NCBI GenBank assembly: GCA_045605805.1
Contig: JAZUQR010000030.1
Coordinates: 1 to 52,181 of the forward strand
From: Alphaproteobacteria bacterium
GTDB lineage: Bacteria; Pseudomonadota; Alphaproteobacteria; CAAHEQ01; UBA3637
Length of the DNA stretch: 52,181 bases
Reading direction: 5' to 3'
Below the pieces are notes generated by a model that was not told where the DNA came from, did not search any database, and saw only the letters and a list, made by a program, of their open reading frames with translations. The translations under genes were made by a program, and so were the position numbers. Within the stretch, counting starts at the first letter, position 1; each line of letters opens with the position of its first letter. This document shows positions 48,711 to 52,181 of this stretch, one piece after another.

Positions 48711-49600
48711 TGCACAAAAAGTCTGATTTCCTTTTCAATAAAGAATCATCCCGATTTTTCTTACCGTGGATTTGTGCCTTGATGGTATTTATCGCCACTT
48801 TGGTTTTGGCGGGAGGCATCACCACACATAATTCATTAAAACTGTGGCAAAAAGGCGTTGCCGAATCTCTAACGGTTCAAATCCCAACTTATGACGAAGA
48901 AGGGAATGAACGAAACGAATTAGTCTATCAAGACATTGAAAAAGCATTGATGTTATTGCGCACAACCCCAGGGGTATTGGGGGCAATTGTCCTGAATGAT
49001 GAACAAATGCAAGATTTAATGACCCCATGGCTTGGCAACAAAGCGGTTGTATCACAACTGCCCCTGCCAAAATTGATTGATGTGGCGGTTGATACCACTC
49101 AACCACCGTCACTGGAACAATTAAAAGCCGATTTGGCCAGCCAAGTTCCTGGTGCTGTGTTAGACAGCCACCGCATTTGGTTGAATGATTTAATCAAGTT
49201 TGCCAACACCTTATTGACTTTAATCATTGGCATTTTGGGCTTGTTGTTCTTCACCGTATTTGTGACTGTTATCTATACCACCAAAGCAAGTCTGTCTATC
49301 CAAGAGTATGTTTTGTCTTTGGTTCATATGCTGGGGGCCCGAGATTTTTACATCACCAACCGATATGCTTGTCATAATTTCAAAATTGCCTTGTGTGGCA
49401 GCTTGTTGGGTTTCGCATTAGCCCTGCCAATTCTGTTTGGCATCAGTATGTTCTTAAAATCCGTTTCCGGCAACATTTTTCAAAGCACTCTCACCCCCAT
49501 CCAATGGGGCTATTTGGCAGCCATCCCTATTTCAGTTGCCATTTTGGCCTTTTTAACAACCTTCAAAACCGTATTCAAGTTTTTACGAAAGTTCTTATGA
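48710..49600 (+). CDS. ftsX: cell division permease FtsX
   Basis: 4-TM layout, PWLG..LPLPKLIDV; follows ftsE. Confidence 0.92.
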   Translation: MHKKSDFLFNKESSRFFLPWICALMVFIATLVLAGGITTHNSLKLWQKGVAESLTVQIPTYDEEGNERNELVYQDIEKALMLLRTTPGVLGAIVLNDEQMQDLMTPWLGNKAVVSQLPLPKLIDVAVDTTQPPSLEQLKADLASQVPGAVLDSHRIWLNDLIKFANTLLTLIIGILGLLFFTVFVTVIYTTKASLSIQEYVLSLVHMLGARDFYITNRYACHNFKIALCGSLLGFALALPILFGISMFLKSVSGNIFQSTLTPIQWGYLAAIPISVAILAFLTTFKTVFKFLRKFL

Positions 49601-50184
49601 TAAAAAAAGTGTTAAGTTTTCTTTTTTATCCAACAATGATTGCCCTTCCCCTGTGGTTGATAGGCTTTGTCATGTTTTTGTTATATGTGTTCAGTTTTCG
49701 CTTTAACACACCCGTCACAAGTGATGGCATTGCCGTTTGGACAGGAGGTAATTCACGCATCAGCACAGGCATCACCCTGCTTCAAAACGAACATGCTCCC
49801 AGACTATTGATTTCTGGGGTCAATCAAAAAGTCAATCCGGATTTATTTTTGGGAAAACTACACAAAGAAACCTTAAAGAAAATCCATCTGGGGTATGAAG
49901 CCACAACTACCAAAGAAAATGCATTGGAAACAGCCGACTGGGTCTATCAAAACAACATAAACTCTGTCATTTTAGTCACAAGTTTTTACCACATTCCACG
50001 CAGTCTTCTTGAATTCAAACATCAACTGCCCAACACAACCGTTTATCCCTATCCCATTTGGCCAAAAGATGTCACCGAGTCGGTTTCCTGGTTGCACACT
50101 CGTTCTGCATTTCAACTGCTTGTGGAATATCATAAGTTTGTTTTTGTCAAACTAACATATCTAATGAAAGGATACTTTTTATGA
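49597..50184 (+). CDS. YdcF/DUF218 family protein
   Basis: TGGNSRI, LLISGV, TKENALET, VTSFYHIPRS; ATGA coupling to ftsX. Confidence 0.9.
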   Translation: MIKKVLSFLFYPTMIALPLWLIGFVMFLLYVFSFRFNTPVTSDGIAVWTGGNSRISTGITLLQNEHAPRLLISGVNQKVNPDLFLGKLHKETLKKIHLGYEATTTKENALETADWVYQNNINSVILVTSFYHIPRSLLEFKHQLPNTTVYPYPIWPKDVTESVSWLHTRSAFQLLVEYHKFVFVKLTYLMKGYFL

Positions 50185-50909
50185 TTTGGATACGATCAAT
50201 TTTATTCACAATTTGCCACTATATTTATTCACTGTTGGTTTTCATCATCATGTTGCCTGTGTTCATCCTGCCACGCAAGTGGGCCATGATTATGCCCATC
50301 GTTTGGACAGGTGGCACAATCAAGCTGTTGCAATGGATTTGTGGGATAAAAATTAAAATTGAAGGCAAAGAAAACCTGCCAAAGAAAAATGGCTATATCG
50401 TTGCCTCAAAGCACCAATCCGCCATGGAAACACAAATGTTTCACACCCTTGTACCCGAAACATTTTTCATCTTCAAAAAAGAATTACTATGGTTGCCATT
50501 TGCCGGCTTATATGCCTTAAAGGTGGGATGTCTGCCTGTGGACAGAAGCGGAGGCGGCGTCGCCCTGCGTAAAATGCTCAACGGGGCAAAAAAACGCTTC
50601 AAAGAAGGGATGAATATGGTCATCTTTCCGGAAGGCACACGTACACCACCGGATAAAGAAACAACAAAACCATACAGCCCCGGCATCGCCCTCATTTACG
50701 AAGCCTGCCAAGTGCCTGTTGTCCCAATAGCCTTAAACACAGGTTATTGTTGGCCGAAAAACAGCTTTATGCGCTATCCTGGAACGGTGACAGTGCATAT
50801 CCTGCCGCCTATTCAACCTGGGCTGCCAAAGCGTCAGTTTTTGCAAGAACTGCAATCCCAAATTGAACACGAGCAAAAGAAATTGCCTAACCCCTTTCAA
50901 AAAGGATAA
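50181..50909 (+). CDS. plsC: 1-acyl-sn-glycerol-3-phosphate acyltransferase
   Basis: KHQSAMET, FKKEL, IFPEGTR. Confidence 0.92.
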   Translation: MIWIRSILFTICHYIYSLLVFIIMLPVFILPRKWAMIMPIVWTGGTIKLLQWICGIKIKIEGKENLPKKNGYIVASKHQSAMETQMFHTLVPETFFIFKKELLWLPFAGLYALKVGCLPVDRSGGGVALRKMLNGAKKRFKEGMNMVIFPEGTRTPPDKETTKPYSPGIALIYEACQVPVVPIALNTGYCWPKNSFMRYPGTVTVHILPPIQPGLPKRQFLQELQSQIEHEQKKLPNPFQKG

Positions 50910-50911
50910 AA

Positions 50912-52003
50912 ATGCTTTTGAAAAACCACATTGTTTTAGGCATCTATTCCGACCCATCTGCTTTTGCCGTTGAATTGGCGGTAATAGAAACAGACGGATT
51001 AGATATTCTGGCCTTACACCAAACACATATCGTACCTTATCCCCACGCCCTTCGGGAACAATTAATAGAGTTTGCGATAAAAAAAGAAACAAATGTGGCG
51101 CAGTTCAATCAACTGAATCACGAAATAACAAACTTTTTCATACAGGAAATCTCTCAACTGGTGCAAGAACTTCATCAAAAGCAAATCAAGGTGGATGTGA
51201 TAGCACTGTCAGGTCACAGTGCTATTCATAACCCAAAAGAAAAAGTACACATCAATTTTGGCAATGCCGAAACATTGGCTAATACATTAAAGATTCCTGT
51301 GATTCATCACTTTGTAAAGGAAGATATGAATGCGGGTGGAGTCGGTGCGCCCTTGCTCACCTCCTTTTGGGCCACTCTGTGTCAAGATAAAGAAAAGCCT
51401 GTGGCCTTGGTAGCACTGGGTGCGCTCACCCGTTTGGTCTATATTGGTCCAATAGGGGAACAAATCGGCTTTGATATAGCGGCCGGCCTGTTTGCAGTGG
51501 ACAGATGGGTCTATAAGCACACAGGGCAAGAAATGGATTTTAACGGCACATTGGCGGCCAAAGGCAAACCAGATAAGCGTGTCATTCAGGCCCTACTCAA
51601 ATTACCCTATATTCAAAAACAACCGCCCAAGTCCGCCCAACGAGAAGACTTCAAAAACATTTTGGAACATGTGGAAGGGCTGTCACCGGCAGACGGAGCC
51701 GCCACTTTAACCACATTTATTGTGGAAAGCATCATACAGGCGCAACAATTTTTGCCCCAACCACCGGCACAATGGATATTCATCGGAGGGGGTACCTATA
51801 ACCCGACCTTGATGTTGCAATTAAAACAAAAATTAAAAAACACACAATCAGCCTCTCAGGCTTTACCTTATACCGAAGGCTTAAATGCCATGGGTTTTGC
51901 CTTCATCGGGGCAAGATATTTGTCCGGTCTGCCCATCTCATTTCCAACAACCACAGGGGTTTTACAACCCTTTTCGGGTGGAGAAATCACCTATCCAAAT
52001 TAA
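50912..52003 (+). CDS. anmK: anhydro-N-acetylmuramic acid kinase family protein (divergent motifs)
   Basis: DMNAGGVGAPL, PPKS..RE, DGAATL, GGGTYN, FPTTTGV. Confidence 0.8.
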   Translation: MLLKNHIVLGIYSDPSAFAVELAVIETDGLDILALHQTHIVPYPHALREQLIEFAIKKETNVAQFNQLNHEITNFFIQEISQLVQELHQKQIKVDVIALSGHSAIHNPKEKVHINFGNAETLANTLKIPVIHHFVKEDMNAGGVGAPLLTSFWATLCQDKEKPVALVALGALTRLVYIGPIGEQIGFDIAAGLFAVDRWVYKHTGQEMDFNGTLAAKGKPDKRVIQALLKLPYIQKQPPKSAQREDFKNILEHVEGLSPADGAATLTTFIVESIIQAQQFLPQPPAQWIFIGGGTYNPTLMLQLKQKLKNTQSASQALPYTEGLNAMGFAFIGARYLSGLPISFPTTTGVLQPFSGGEITYPN

Positions 52004-52135
52004 AAACCTTTCATTTTCTCGTGGGCTTTTGGGGCTGGGTACATAATGTAAATTATGCGAACAAGGCTTCAAGGAAGGCAAACACAAGTTTAATATTAAA
52101 CAAAAAAACAAACAAAACAAATGAAAGGAATTAAA

Positions 52136-52181
52136 ATGAACTGGAACATAGAACAAACCATTGAAGGCCGGCGTAAGGCAT
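52136..52181 (+). CDS. partial CDS (MNWNIEQTIEGRRKA...), runs off window
   Basis: GAAAGGA SD before ATG 52136. Confidence 0.5.
   Translation, partial: MNWNIEQTIEGRRKA

Overview
AT-rich bacterial chromosomal segment that reads as an anaerobic, probably host-associated Alphaproteobacterium. Evidence: the uvrC-pgsA, rarA-rluC-asmA, miaB-phoH-ybeY-corC and zinc-ribbon/ftsE-ftsX-YdcF-plsC gene orders, an alphaproteobacterial-type tRNA-fMet, and PFOR plus rubredoxin. Most of it is housekeeping: rnpB, rplM-rpsI, three tRNAs, nifJ, gap, pgk and peptidoglycan remodelling/recycling genes. Unexplained elements: (1) a promoter-driven, highly structured ~185-nt RNA with alternative pairings and a terminator, ahead of a lipoprotein gene inserted between gap and pgk; (2) an islet with a serine recombinase and two orphan genes sharing an identical 28-bp 5' end; (3) tandem structured repeats regenerating the tRNA-fMet 3' end; (4) scattered orphan genes with basic C-terminal tails; (5) a putative redox operon led by an uncharacterised Cys-Cys-tailed protein. 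Also seen: an in-frame stop in rpsI, a degenerate AnmK, non-canonical tRNA T-arms and several apparently leaderless genes. No CRISPR array, rRNA or IS element was seen. All family calls come from motif recognition, not database searches.
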